From contig JAYWAL010000023.1 of the NCBI GenBank assembly GCA_043782485.1, positions 38,336 to 102,335 of the forward strand: DNA of 64,000 bases. Reading direction: 5' to 3'. Of the stretch, positions 48,525-57,177 are shown piece after piece. Made by a program: the position numbers and the translations under genes. The notes under the pieces are model-generated. The model was not told the DNA's origin. It was given only the letters and a program-made list of their open reading frames with translations, and ran no database searches. The stretch comes from Acidobacteriaceae bacterium. GTDB lineage: Bacteria; Acidobacteriota; Terriglobia; Terriglobales; Acidobacteriaceae. Each line of letters starts with the position of its first letter. Positions within the stretch are counted from its first letter, which is position 1.

Positions 48525-48539
48525 TTATGTTCAGCAGGG

Positions 48540-49073
48540 TTAAGGCAATGCCGCCAGCAGGTCAGCCATCGGAGCATTGTCCGCGAAAGTTTCGTTGGCA
48601 TGCGCGAATATGTCTACGTTACCGGGCGCAAAAATAAAGCTGCCTCCCAGCTGAAACGGGTTCTTGCCCAGCTTGTGCTGCCGGACACCAGCGGCCTTCA
48701 CCCGCGCGCGAGCTTGCCAGTTCTCAGAACGGAATATGTGCAAGACGGAGCCAACTCCAAGATCCAGAGCGTTGTAGGTAACCCGATCCAGATCCACAAG
48801 CAGCGGGAATGTGATGCCGACATCTGCGCGGAAAATGCGGGCATAGTCCATATCACCCAAGCTCACCGCGGCCAGGCGCGCGCCTTTCAGTTGGAACCCT
48901 TTTTCGCGTTCGCGCAACTGCGCGACATGCTCGCGGCAGAACACTCACCCATAGTGCCGCAAAAATGCCAGAACGCATGGCGCAGTGGCCCAAAGCGAAC
49001 CCAGACGGACCTGCTTTCCGTCGGAATCTGGCAAGACGATTTCAGAAAGCTTCGCGCTGAGGGTTGTTTCCAT
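48540..49073 (-). CDS. Prx-like (AhpC/TSA_2-type) thiol:disulfide oxidoreductase with in-frame TGA at the first redox Cys position (candidate UxxC selenoprotein)
   Basis: Track ORFs 48945..49229 and 48540..48944 are in the same frame, separated only by TGA (48945-48947). Together they read METTLSAKLSEIVLPDSDGKQVRLGSLWATAPCVLAFLRHYG-TGA-VFCREHVAQLRE... The family motif is RH(F/Y)GCxxCRE. The joined length is 177 codons counting the TGA. Confidence 0.7.
48918..48939 (-). promoter_or_regulatory. candidate SECIS-like stem-loop
   Basis: The mRNA forms CUGC(C)GCGA-GCAUG-UCGCGCAG: 8 bp with one bulged C and a 5-nt loop. It starts 6 nt after the TGA. Confidence 0.4.
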
Positions 49074-49101
49074 CGCTTCGGATAAATGTTTGCGGACCGC
49101 G

Positions 49102-50205
49102 CTACTGAATACTCGCCCCACTGGGCGGGTTGTAGAAAAAGTTAAATCGCAATGCCAGGTATTCGCCCTTGAAATCCGACGGCAAAGGCGGAAAGGGATT
49201 CGAGCCGTTGATGCCTCCCCAGGCGGCACGGTCTAGGGCAACGTCGCTGGAACTGCCGGTCAGCTGCATCGCGCTCACGCGGCCATCTTTGAGAATGGCA
49301 AACTGGATCGAAACTTTCCCCTGCTTAAACAGCGGCGAACGCGCAGATTCCGGAATCAGGTTGTACCAATTCAAACGCACATCATGCAACACCCGGGAGA
49401 GGTACGGCCCGAAGTCCACGCCCATCGTGTCACTGAGGATGTCCAGATTGCTGGCGGCACCACCCTGGCGGCCCTGTGCGAAGCCGGTATCGCTTTCACC
49501 GGCGTAACCACCACGGTTTGAGGCCGCCGCCCGCGCCGCTTGCTCCACGGCCGCACTGGCCGAGACCGTTCCCCCAAACAACACCTTGGGTCCTTCCGTC
49601 GGCGGCCGAACCTGGGCCACTTCCGGCTGCGGCGTCGGAATTCGCTCTTCATGCGGGGCGCTGGGAGCCTGCGGGCCTGGGTTATTTTGCGCCACCGGAG
49701 GCTGCGCCGGTTGTGGAGCCTGCTGCTGGGCCTGACTGCCACGGCGGCTGGCTTCGATAATGCGCTTGAGTTCGTTCGGATCGAGCGGTGAGCTATGCGT
49801 AGCCACTCGGTCTTTGTCGGAAATGACGTTGGTTTCCGGGCGTTTGGTCAACCGTTGCGCGTCCGAGGGAAGCTCGATAAACGTGGTATCCCGCTGCTTC
49901 ATCCAATCGTTGTTGGAACTTAGCGTGTGCCGATGTGGCAAAAACTGAAGGAAATACGGCGAACTCCAGAACAGCAATCCCCCCACAATATGAACAATCA
50001 CCGAAATCCAGAAGGCCTCCCGCTGACGGGAGCGGGATAGATCGTCCTGCAACTGAATCAGAAGTTTGGGAGCGTCGAAAACCTGCGAATTGCGGTAGGC
50101 GGTTTCCCAGTGATTCGGGTCGTAAAGCTCTGAGCCACCTGGCTTTGGCTGCGGCGGCGCTGGCGCGGATGAAGGGTCGGGCGGCGGAATTTGGGTCGTC
50201 GACAT
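49102..50205 (-). CDS. TonB_C domain-containing membrane protein
   Basis: 367 aa. TM helix (FWISVIVHIVGGLLFW), a Pro/Gln-rich linker, and C-terminal ...GKVSIQFAILKDGRVSAMQLTGSSSDVALDRAAWGGINGSNPFPPLP. Confidence 0.75.
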   Translation of the reverse strand: MSTTQIPPPDPSSAPAPPQPKPGGSELYDPNHWETAYRNSQVFDAPKLLIQLQDDLSRSRQREAFWISVIVHIVGGLLFWSSPYFLQFLPHRHTLSSNNDWMKQRDTTFIELPSDAQRLTKRPETNVISDKDRVATHSSPLDPNELKRIIEASRRGSQAQQQAPQPAQPPVAQNNPGPQAPSAPHEERIPTPQPEVAQVRPPTEGPKVLFGGTVSASAAVEQAARAAASNRGGYAGESDTGFAQGRQGGAASNLDILSDTMGVDFGPYLSRVLHDVRLNWYNLIPESARSPLFKQGKVSIQFAILKDGRVSAMQLTGSSSDVALDRAAWGGINGSNPFPPLPSDFKGEYLALRFNFFYNPPSGASIQ

Positions 50206-50378
50206 CAGCTAAGGAATCTTGGCCACGACAGCGCGGCGGCGAATAACCTCTGTCCGGGAGAGTTCAATCCCCCTTATTATTGTCGCATTGTTGCTGGACG
50301 AACGCGAAAGCCGGAAGGCCGAGTACCCCAGGCGGGACCGCATCAGTCACCTAGCCGGTCCACGCCAACCCTGCGGCC

Positions 50379-51404
50379 TTATCGCAGGCTTGGCAATTGG
50401 ATGCGCTGGCTATGCTTCTGGATGGCCGAAAGGATATCCAGAGCCACAGCCAGGGCGTTGCGACCGTCCTCCAACGACACGACCGGCGTAGCCCGGGTTC
50501 GTGCCGACGCCAGGAAGGCCCTCAATTCGGCCTTGAGAGGCTCCTCCGCCGGTCCAGGCGGGGCTACGGCGGGTTTGGTCACCTGAATCATGGAATCCGC
50601 CTGGCCAGGCACCGGATTGGTTCCAGAGGGGTTTACGGTGAAGACGAGCAGGTCCTGGCGGCCGTAGTCGATGGAAAGATACTGGTGAGGCTGGAAAAAC
50701 CGCACTTTACGCACGCGCTCGGTGGAAACCCGACTGGCCGTTAGGTTGGCGACACAGCCAGAAGCGAATTCCAGGCGAACATTGGCGATGTCCACCTTAT
50801 TGGTCAGCACGGGCAGGCCGACGGCCTGGATGCTGGCCACCGGGGAATTGACGAACGAGAGCACGATATCGATGTCGTGGATCATCAAGTCGAGGACAAC
50901 ATCGACATCCAGCGAGCGCGGCGTAAAGACGCTCATGCGATGGATTTCAAAGAAAAGCGGCTGATTGAGCAGTGGATAAGTGGCGCGCACGGCGGCGTTG
51001 AAGCGTTCGAGGTGGCCGACCTGGGCAATGCGCTGGTACTGCGCGGCCAGCTGGACTAGTTCGTCTGCCTCCGCCAAGGTGGCGGCGATAGGCTTTTCGA
51101 TGAGGACATCAATGCCGGCCTCCATGAGAGTACGAGCCGTCGCCAGATGGTGCTGAGTGGGCACGGCGACGGAAGCGGCGTGGATTTCATCCCAGTTGAG
51201 CAACTGCTCCAGTGAGCCGAAAGCGCGTGCGCCGAATTCCTTGGCGATGGAGTCGGCGCGAGCGACGTCGGAATCCACAATGGCAGCGAGGTGGACGGGC
51301 TCGCCCTGCTGTTCCAGTTCGTGATAGACGCGGGCATGGTTGCGGCCAAACGCGCCTGCGCCGACTACGGCCACATCTGTGCGGGGGGTTGAATTCAAGG
51401 TCAC
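50379..51404 (-). CDS. Gfo/Idh/MocA family NAD(P)-dependent oxidoreductase
   Basis: N-terminal Rossmann VAVVGAGAFGRNHARVY. The EKP motif (IDVLIEKPIA). 341 aa. Confidence 0.85.
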   Translation of the reverse strand: MTLNSTPRTDVAVVGAGAFGRNHARVYHELEQQGEPVHLAAIVDSDVARADSIAKEFGARAFGSLEQLLNWDEIHAASVAVPTQHHLATARTLMEAGIDVLIEKPIAATLAEADELVQLAAQYQRIAQVGHLERFNAAVRATYPLLNQPLFFEIHRMSVFTPRSLDVDVVLDLMIHDIDIVLSFVNSPVASIQAVGLPVLTNKVDIANVRLEFASGCVANLTASRVSTERVRKVRFFQPHQYLSIDYGRQDLLVFTVNPSGTNPVPGQADSMIQVTKPAVAPPGPAEEPLKAELRAFLASARTRATPVVSLEDGRNALAVALDILSAIQKHSQRIQLPSLR

Positions 51405-51500
51405 ACCTTTAGTTTAGACGAGGAAAACGCACGTCACGCGAAGGTCCAGTCTCTTCTTGCTAGCCGTTTGGCATTTTCAGCCTGGCTACGACCATGATAG

Positions 51501-51798
51501 AGAGAAGATAGAGCCGCGCCCGGGAAACGAGGGGGCAACTCCATCAACATAGAAATTCGCGATGCGGCCCTAGCAGCAAGAATCCAACAGCAAGTTCAAG
51601 CCACTGGCTCTGGCAGCGTTGAAGAAGTTTTAGTTCGTCTGCTGGAAACTTAGGAAGAACAGGATCACTGGTTGCTGGAGAAGCGCGATGACGTGAGCGC
51701 CAGGATTCAGCGTGGCCTAGACCAGCTAGACCGTGGCGAGGGAGTGCCAGAAGGCCAGCCTGACGGCTACCTGGCGAAACTCAAAGCTCAGCGGAATG
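51501..51798 (+). pseudogene. decayed ParD-type antitoxin remnant
   Basis: The frame reads ...NSINIEIRDAALAARIQQQVQATGSGSVEEVLVRLLET-TAG-EEQDHWLLEKRDDVSARIQRGLDQLDRGEGVPEGQPDGYLAKLKAQR. There is no start codon, an in-frame TAG at 51651-51653, and no stop at the expected end. Confidence 0.5.
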
Positions 51799-51924
51799 AA
51801 ATCGCGCTTTGTTCTTGCGCCGGAAGCGGCTCTGGGTCTGGTACAAATTTGATGCTACATCCGGAAAGTCAGCATTACGGCGACAGCGAACCAGACAGGT
51901 CTATTTGTGCCCCCACGCTACCTG
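51796..51924 (+). pseudogene. truncated ParE/RelE-type toxin remnant
   Basis: The ATG at 51796 overlaps the antitoxin end. It reads MKSRFVLAPEAALGLVQI-TGA-CYIRKVSITATANQ... The TGA at 51850-51852 sits where family members have W (..IW.YI..). The body is cut off by the 3' end of the hydrolase gene. Confidence 0.45.
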
Positions 51925-52929
51925 TCAGGGGCGTTCAAAAAAAGACAAGACCTCGTGTTGAAATCGCCGATGATCCTTCTCCAGCATCAAAGCATGTCCG
52001 CCAGCAGGAAGGAGGACGTATTCCTTGTCTCGGGTCGCCAGTTGCTCAAAAAATGGCAACAGATCCTCCTGTTTAGCCGCGTAGTCGTTCTCTCCGTGAA
52101 TGATCATGGTGGGAACGGTGATGAGAAGAGGATCCAGAATTGGTTTGGTATTGTCGACAAAAGCATTCGGAGACTGAGGATCCGTTCGTAGCGCCTCTTG
52201 AGCGTAAGCCGCGACAACATCTTCCTCATACTGCGGATGCCGCGACAACTCGCCTTCGACAAAATCACTGCGCGCGGCTGCTTCCGTGTTGGTTCGATAT
52301 TGCGTCAGAGCCTGCCCGCCATTCTCGATTCTCTTCCGCACCTTCTCGCGATACTCCTCCGTTCCCTTCCAATGCGGCGCGTAAAGAATCAGCTTCGCCA
52401 CCCTTTCCGGATGCTGCATCGCAAATAATCCGACCCGCTGAGTTCCAGCGGACCACCCAAGCGAGCCCACTTTCTCCACGCCTCTTGATTTCGTGATGTA
52501 TTCGACGGCGGCCGCAATGTCAGCCGCCGCGGACTGCACTCCCGACCAATCCTTATCGGTTTTGTCGGAATGTCCGTAGCCGTGAATATCGATCGCCCAC
52601 ACGTCATAGCCGTTCTTTGCGAGAAAATCCATCAACGAATAGTCCCGGATTTGAAGATCGAAGTCCGGGCGCCCTGACCAAGTGCCCCCGTGAACCAGCA
52701 GCACAACTCTACCCGTTGCCGCGAAAGTCATTTCCGAGCCGACCTTGCATTTTTCCCAGAGGTAGATGCGGAGCCCGTCACGTTTGGCGAAGTGTTCTCT
52801 GCCTTGAATCGAAGGCTTCGCGAGAGTCGCCTCCGGTGAGCCTTCTTCCTGCTTGCCCTTCGACTGGGCAGTTGTGTATTCCAAAAAAACAATGAGAAGC
52901 AAAATCGCCGCTTTTAGGATGCGCTGCAT
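51925..52929 (-). CDS. secreted alpha/beta hydrolase
   Basis: 334 aa with a signal peptide. VLLVHGGTWS...nucleophile elbow GWSAGT...IIHGENDY...GGHALMLE. Confidence 0.8.
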   Translation of the reverse strand: MQRILKAAILLLIVFLEYTTAQSKGKQEEGSPEATLAKPSIQGREHFAKRDGLRIYLWEKCKVGSEMTFAATGRVVLLVHGGTWSGRPDFDLQIRDYSLMDFLAKNGYDVWAIDIHGYGHSDKTDKDWSGVQSAAADIAAAVEYITKSRGVEKVGSLGWSAGTQRVGLFAMQHPERVAKLILYAPHWKGTEEYREKVRKRIENGGQALTQYRTNTEAAARSDFVEGELSRHPQYEEDVVAAYAQEALRTDPQSPNAFVDNTKPILDPLLITVPTMIIHGENDYAAKQEDLLPFFEQLATRDKEYVLLPAGGHALMLEKDHRRFQHEVLSFFERP

Positions 52930-52950
52930 GGTTTCTCTCCTTCACCGCCT

Positions 52951-52990
52951 CAGAACCAAGACCAAACACCGCCCCAGAACCAAGACCAAA
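52951..52990. repeat. two perfect 16-bp direct repeats (cagaaccaagaccaaa), 24-bp period
   Basis: Copies at 52951-52966 and 52975-52990. They lie 20-60 nt upstream of the hydrolase ATG (52929) and its AAGGAG RBS. Confidence 0.85.
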
Positions 52991-53044
52991 GTTTGCCCGC
53001 TCAATAGCTTGCTTAGCAAGGATTCCACAACTCACTGACGCACC

Positions 53045-54403
53045 CTACGCAAGCGCCAAATGCAGCACCGTTTCCAAATGGTACGTCTGCGGAAATAAAT
53101 CCACCAAGTGGGCCTGTTCCACGCTGTATCCAGCCTCACTGAGCACGACCAGATCGCGCGCCAGCGTTGCCGGGTCGCAAGAGACATAGGTGATGCGCGG
53201 AGCGTGGCACTCGGCCAGATTGTGCGCGGCCTTTGCGCCGAGGCCGGTACGCGGCGGATCGACCACGATCAGCTCCGGGCGCAGCTTTTTGCCCGCTTCC
53301 TGCAAGTACGCTTCCGCAGTGGAGCGGACAGCCTTGACGTGCGGCGGCAGATTCCGGCGCAGATCGTGAAACGAGGCGGGCGAATACTCCACGGCCACAA
53401 CTCGCTCAAATTGAGCCGCCAGTGGGACAGAAAACAAACCTCCGCCAGCATAGAGATCCAGGGCGGTGCCGCCCTTACGACCTCCCGTGACCAACGACAC
53501 CAGGGCTGGAATGAGGTGGCGGTTGCTTTGAAAAAATGCCCCGGCGCTAACTTCATAGTCCTGCCCCAGAACTGCGTACCTTATTGAACCAGACCCGGCA
53601 AGAATTCGCGGTTTTTGCTCCTGCGCATCCTGGCCCTTATGCTGCCGACGGCGCTCGCCAAATAAAGCGATGCTTTCCACTTCCGGAAGTTGGGCCTGAA
53701 GCTGCGGTACAAATGACTCCAGAGAACCCCCCGGACCCCCACTTCCCTGATGAAGGCTCACCATCAGCTTTGCATCTTCGGCGTTGGCAAACAGCTCCAC
53801 TTCTTGAAAAGACGCGGGAACTTGCCCACCCAGGCCAAGCCCCCACAACGCCGTGATTGCCTTTTGCAGCAGCGGCGAAACGATGGGGCACTCTTCGACT
53901 GCAAGAATTTCCTCCGAGGAATTCCGACGATACCCGAGGCAGAAGCCAGCCCCGTTCGTACCCTCTAACTGCCGAATCGCGAGCCGCGCGCGGTTGCGAT
54001 AGTTCCACGGCGGAGAGGAATGCACTCGGATTTCTTCCGGCAATTCCACCTTAGCCATGCGGTGCACAGTCTCCCGCAAAATTTCGGTCTTCATGCGGAG
54101 CTGTTCGGCAAAGCTCGCATGCTGATAGTGGCAGCCGCCACAAACGCCAAAGTGCGGGCACGGCGGCACCACGCGTTCAGGCGAAGGCCGGAGCACCGAA
54201 TCCAGCCGCCCGCGGGCAAAGCCCGGACGCTGTTCAGTCAGGGAGGCCTCAATCTCTTCTCCCTCCAGAACGAACGGGATGAACGCAGCCTTGCCTTTGC
54301 CGGTGGCATCCGCGGGCAGACGGGCCAGGCCGTCGCCGCCATAGACGAGCTTCTCAATCTTAAATTCCAAAGTTGGGAGGCTCCGGGTGGTGCTCTTTAG
54401 CAT
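53045..54403 (-). CDS. 23S rRNA (uracil-5)-methyltransferase RlmD/RumA family (TRAM + 4Fe-4S + SAM MTase)
   Basis: 452 aa. N-terminal TRAM-like (IEKLVYGGDGLAR), the Cys cluster CPHFGVCGGCHYQH...C, and the SAM motif ALDLYAGGGLFSVPLA...VDPPRTG...YVSCDPATLARD. Confidence 0.85.
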   Translation of the reverse strand: MLKSTTRSLPTLEFKIEKLVYGGDGLARLPADATGKGKAAFIPFVLEGEEIEASLTEQRPGFARGRLDSVLRPSPERVVPPCPHFGVCGGCHYQHASFAEQLRMKTEILRETVHRMAKVELPEEIRVHSSPPWNYRNRARLAIRQLEGTNGAGFCLGYRRNSSEEILAVEECPIVSPLLQKAITALWGLGLGGQVPASFQEVELFANAEDAKLMVSLHQGSGGPGGSLESFVPQLQAQLPEVESIALFGERRRQHKGQDAQEQKPRILAGSGSIRYAVLGQDYEVSAGAFFQSNRHLIPALVSLVTGGRKGGTALDLYAGGGLFSVPLAAQFERVVAVEYSPASFHDLRRNLPPHVKAVRSTAEAYLQEAGKKLRPELIVVDPPRTGLGAKAAHNLAECHAPRITYVSCDPATLARDLVVLSEAGYSVEQAHLVDLFPQTYHLETVLHLALA

Positions 54404-54746
54404 ACCTTGGGCGCAGCCTCCGGTTCACGAAAGCCAAGAGCGCTATCTGAGTGGATAGCAACACGCCCGACGGATAGCCCGCTTGGCACGAATCCTGCCA
54501 ACCCGCTGCGTAGTCCGCGCCGACAACTCAAACCATATCAACCACTTAAACCACGTGGAGCCTCGCTCCGCATCGACGCTCGGTTTGGTGCGCCATTTGC
54601 TTCAGGATAGGCGTACCGGACGCGATGACGCGCCGGACGAGGGCGCTGGCAGTCGAACGAAGGGGCGGCCCTCACAGTTTGTAACTTTTACAGCTTACCC
54701 AGCAGGAGCTAATTTCGGGGGGAAGAGGCTTCCAGCTAGGTAGTCC

Positions 54747-54782
54747 CCGCCAGGGATGCAACTGTTCCCTGGCGGTTTTTTT
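54747..54782 (+). terminator. strong intrinsic terminator on the plus strand with no ORF upstream
   Basis: Stem ccgccaggga/tccctggcgg (10 bp), loop tgcaactgt, followed by T7 (54776-54782). The T-run overlaps the TAA stop of minus-strand gene 54781..55482. Confidence 0.5.
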
Positions 54783-55482
54783 ACATATAGAACAGGCTAA
54801 GACGCGGCAAATGGTGCTGCTCCAACAAGCGCTTGTTCACGAACTGCTTGTGCAGTTGCGCGATCTGCGCGGCAGGCATTTTTCTACGGTAGGGGGCGAG
54901 TTCTCGATCGGCAGCGGCGCGAACCTGCACCAGCATTTCGTCAGGAGCGGCGGCGAGTAGAACCGCGAAGAACTTTTCTTCCAGCACAGTGAGGCGGCGC
55001 TCCAGGTCCTCCAGATTTGCGGTGGCAACGGTGGTGGCCAGTTCCCGCAGAGTTCGAGCCGTTCCCGCGGCAGCTGCTCGCGGAGAAACCGTCGCACTCT
55101 CCGGCAGTTGGGCCTGTTCTAGACGCTCAGCGTTCTTGAACAGGAACTGTGTGATCTCGTCGGCATCGACTCCCTTGGACGCGTTGGCGCCTTTCGAAGC
55201 CGGCTGCGCCGTTCCCACCGCCGCTTCCTGCATATCTTCGGCGGCGGCCAGTACTTCTTGAGAACAAAAAGCCAGACCATTGATTTTGCGCGAACGTGCC
55301 GGGCGCTTGGCGGAGTGCTCAAACGTGGCATCAATGCCGCGCAGCACGGCCTCCAGCGGAATGCCCGCATCCTTCCAGGTTTCAATCAGCGCCCAGTCCA
55401 GTGTGGAAAGCAACAGGGTGGAACTGCGATGCCGCTGGAAATGTTCTTCGATCTCGGTAAAGTAATTGAAGTAGTTGTCCAA
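54781..55482 (-). CDS. conserved-looking hypothetical protein
   Basis: There is no in-frame ATG near the start. The likely start is TTG 55482, 2 nt after the coaX stop (LDNYFNYFTEIEEHFQRHRSSTLLLSTLDWALIETWKDAGIPLEAVLRGID...). The track start at 55560 would overlap coaX by 75 nt. Confidence 0.5.
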   Translation of the reverse strand: MDNYFNYFTEIEEHFQRHRSSTLLLSTLDWALIETWKDAGIPLEAVLRGIDATFEHSAKRPARSRKINGLAFCSQEVLAAAEDMQEAAVGTAQPASKGANASKGVDADEITQFLFKNAERLEQAQLPESATVSPRAAAAGTARTLRELATTVATANLEDLERRLTVLEEKFFAVLLAAAPDEMLVQVRAAADRELAPYRRKMPAAQIAQLHKQFVNKRLLEQHHLPRLSLFYM

Positions 55483-55484
55483 GT

Positions 55485-56339
55485 TCAGTGAACCGGCGCG
55501 GGCTTTCGGGGTGCGGGCTTGACTGAAGCAGGGGCACGCGGCGTCACATTGCGCTCCCAAATAATCCGCAGACCTTCCAAAGTCAGTTGGTCATCCACTT
55601 TTGCAATATGCCTGGAAGCGGGACCAATCAGCGGTGCCAAGCCACCCGTGGCGATCACTTTGGTATTGGCACCCATCTCCTTCAGAAGACTTTCCAGGAT
55701 GCCATCCACCAGACCCAGATACCCGTAGTAAAGCCCGGACTGCAAGCTGGCAACGGTATTCGAGCCAATCACACGCCCGGGCTTGCGAATATCCACGCGA
55801 GGCAGACGCGCCGTGCGCTCAAACAGCGCGTCCGCGGAAATTCCAATTCCAGGACAAATCACCCCACCCATATATTGTCCTTTTGCTGAGACGCAGTCGA
55901 ACGTGGTGGCAGTGCCAAAATCGACAACAATGCAAGGTGCGCCGTATTTTTCCACGGCCGCTACGGAATTCACGATCCGGTCCGCCCCCACTTCCGCGGG
56001 ATTGTCGTATTGAATGGGCATTCCCGTCTTCACGCCCGGTTCGATAAATAGCGGCTTCAGACTGAAATAGCGCTCGCATACCGCGCGCAGAACCGTATCT
56101 AGCGGCGGAACCACTGAGGAAATTACAATACCGTTGATTTCACTCACCTCCAGATGCGCCATGGAAAACAAGTTGCGGAACAGCACGCCGTACTCATCCA
56201 CCGTTTGCGTCTTGCTGGTGGTCACGCGCCAGTTGGCCAGCAGCCGCTCGTAATACGGTCCGGATTCGCTGTGCTTGGGGGCCTTCTCAAACACTCCCAG
56301 GACCGTATTGGTATTGCCAACGTCTAGCACCAGAAGCAT
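55485..56339 (-). CDS. coaX: type III pantothenate kinase
   Basis: MLLVLDVGNTNTVLGVF...VVDFGTATTFD...GGVICPGI are the canonical CoaX motifs. Confidence 0.9.
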   Translation of the reverse strand: MLLVLDVGNTNTVLGVFEKAPKHSESGPYYERLLANWRVTTSKTQTVDEYGVLFRNLFSMAHLEVSEINGIVISSVVPPLDTVLRAVCERYFSLKPLFIEPGVKTGMPIQYDNPAEVGADRIVNSVAAVEKYGAPCIVVDFGTATTFDCVSAKGQYMGGVICPGIGISADALFERTARLPRVDIRKPGRVIGSNTVASLQSGLYYGYLGLVDGILESLLKEMGANTKVIATGGLAPLIGPASRHIAKVDDQLTLEGLRIIWERNVTPRAPASVKPAPRKPAPVH

Positions 56340-56391
56340 AAGGAATTCCTTAACTACAGAAGACGACGACGAACGACAATCCCCCGCGAAA

Positions 56392-57171
56392 CTACTGGCG
56401 GCGTACCGTTCCTGAAACCACGGTTCGCAACCCCTGCGGCGTCCAGACCAGCAAAAAGCCCTGGCTGTTCAATCCTTCGGTGATTCCGGTAAAGCTGATG
56501 CCTTCTTCAATTCGCACCGCACAGCCCTGTGTCCATGAGGAATGCTCCTGGAAACGATGCAAGATTGATTCACGCGCGCCGGGATCCGATTGAAACGCCC
56601 GATACTCCCGGTCCAGCGATTTTAGCAAAGCGGCGAGAAGCTCGACGCGAGACGACCGCACGCGTGATTCTAAATAGAGGGAGGTAGCCTCCTGGCTCAG
56701 ATCCGCGGGAAACGACGTTTGATTCACATTCAGGCCAATGCCAACCACCAGATGCCGCACCTGGGTCGCTTCCGAATGCATCTCCGTCAGAATTCCGCCC
56801 AGCTTCTTCGCACCAAGATAAACGTCATTGGGCCATTTCAGATCGGTGTCGAGGTCCGCAAACTCGAGGACCGCCGCGCGAACCGCCAGTCCTGCCGCCA
56901 AGGCCAGCAACAGCACCTGGGACGGCGGCAGTGTCGGGCGCAACAGCACGGAACAATAAATTCCATCGCCCGGAGCCGAGTGCCACGCATGACCTCCGCG
57001 GCCGCGCCCGGCGGTCTGTTCTTCGGTGAGAAACACTGAACCCTCCGGAGCACCCGCCGCGCCAGCGGCCATCGCCGAGCTATTGGTGGATTCCGTCCGG
57101 ACCGTGTGATGCAGCTTGCCGGAGAAAATCGTTTCCGCGATCATCGGCGCAAGAACGTCCATGGAGAGCAC
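56392..57171 (-). CDS. birA: biotin--[acetyl-CoA-carboxylase] ligase
   Basis: TESTNS...EEQTAGRGRGGHAWHS...KWPNDVY...GILTE are canonical BirA catalytic motifs. There is no N-terminal HTH (group I type). Confidence 0.9.
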   Translation of the reverse strand: MLSMDVLAPMIAETIFSGKLHHTVRTESTNSSAMAAGAAGAPEGSVFLTEEQTAGRGRGGHAWHSAPGDGIYCSVLLRPTLPPSQVLLLALAAGLAVRAAVLEFADLDTDLKWPNDVYLGAKKLGGILTEMHSEATQVRHLVVGIGLNVNQTSFPADLSQEATSLYLESRVRSSRVELLAALLKSLDREYRAFQSDPGARESILHRFQEHSSWTQGCAVRIEEGISFTGITEGLNSQGFLLVWTPQGLRTVVSGTVRRQ

Positions 57172-57177
57172 GCGGCT

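Noticed and set aside
51850-51852. In-frame TGA in the ParE-like remnant as a third selenocysteine site.
   Set aside because: The position corresponds to a conserved Trp (TGG to TGA), not a Cys. The gene also lacks its 3' half, and its partner has lost its start and carries a TAG. This is ordinary pseudogene decay.
54404-54746. RNase P RNA, tmRNA, SRP RNA or 6S RNA in the large gene-free region.
   Set aside because: I could not find GAGGAAAGUCCGGGC/ACAGAACCCGGCUUA-type RNase P boxes in either orientation. I also found no tmRNA acceptor/T-arm end or tag ORF, and no SRP domain IV motif. The region is kept only as an unclassified sRNA candidate.
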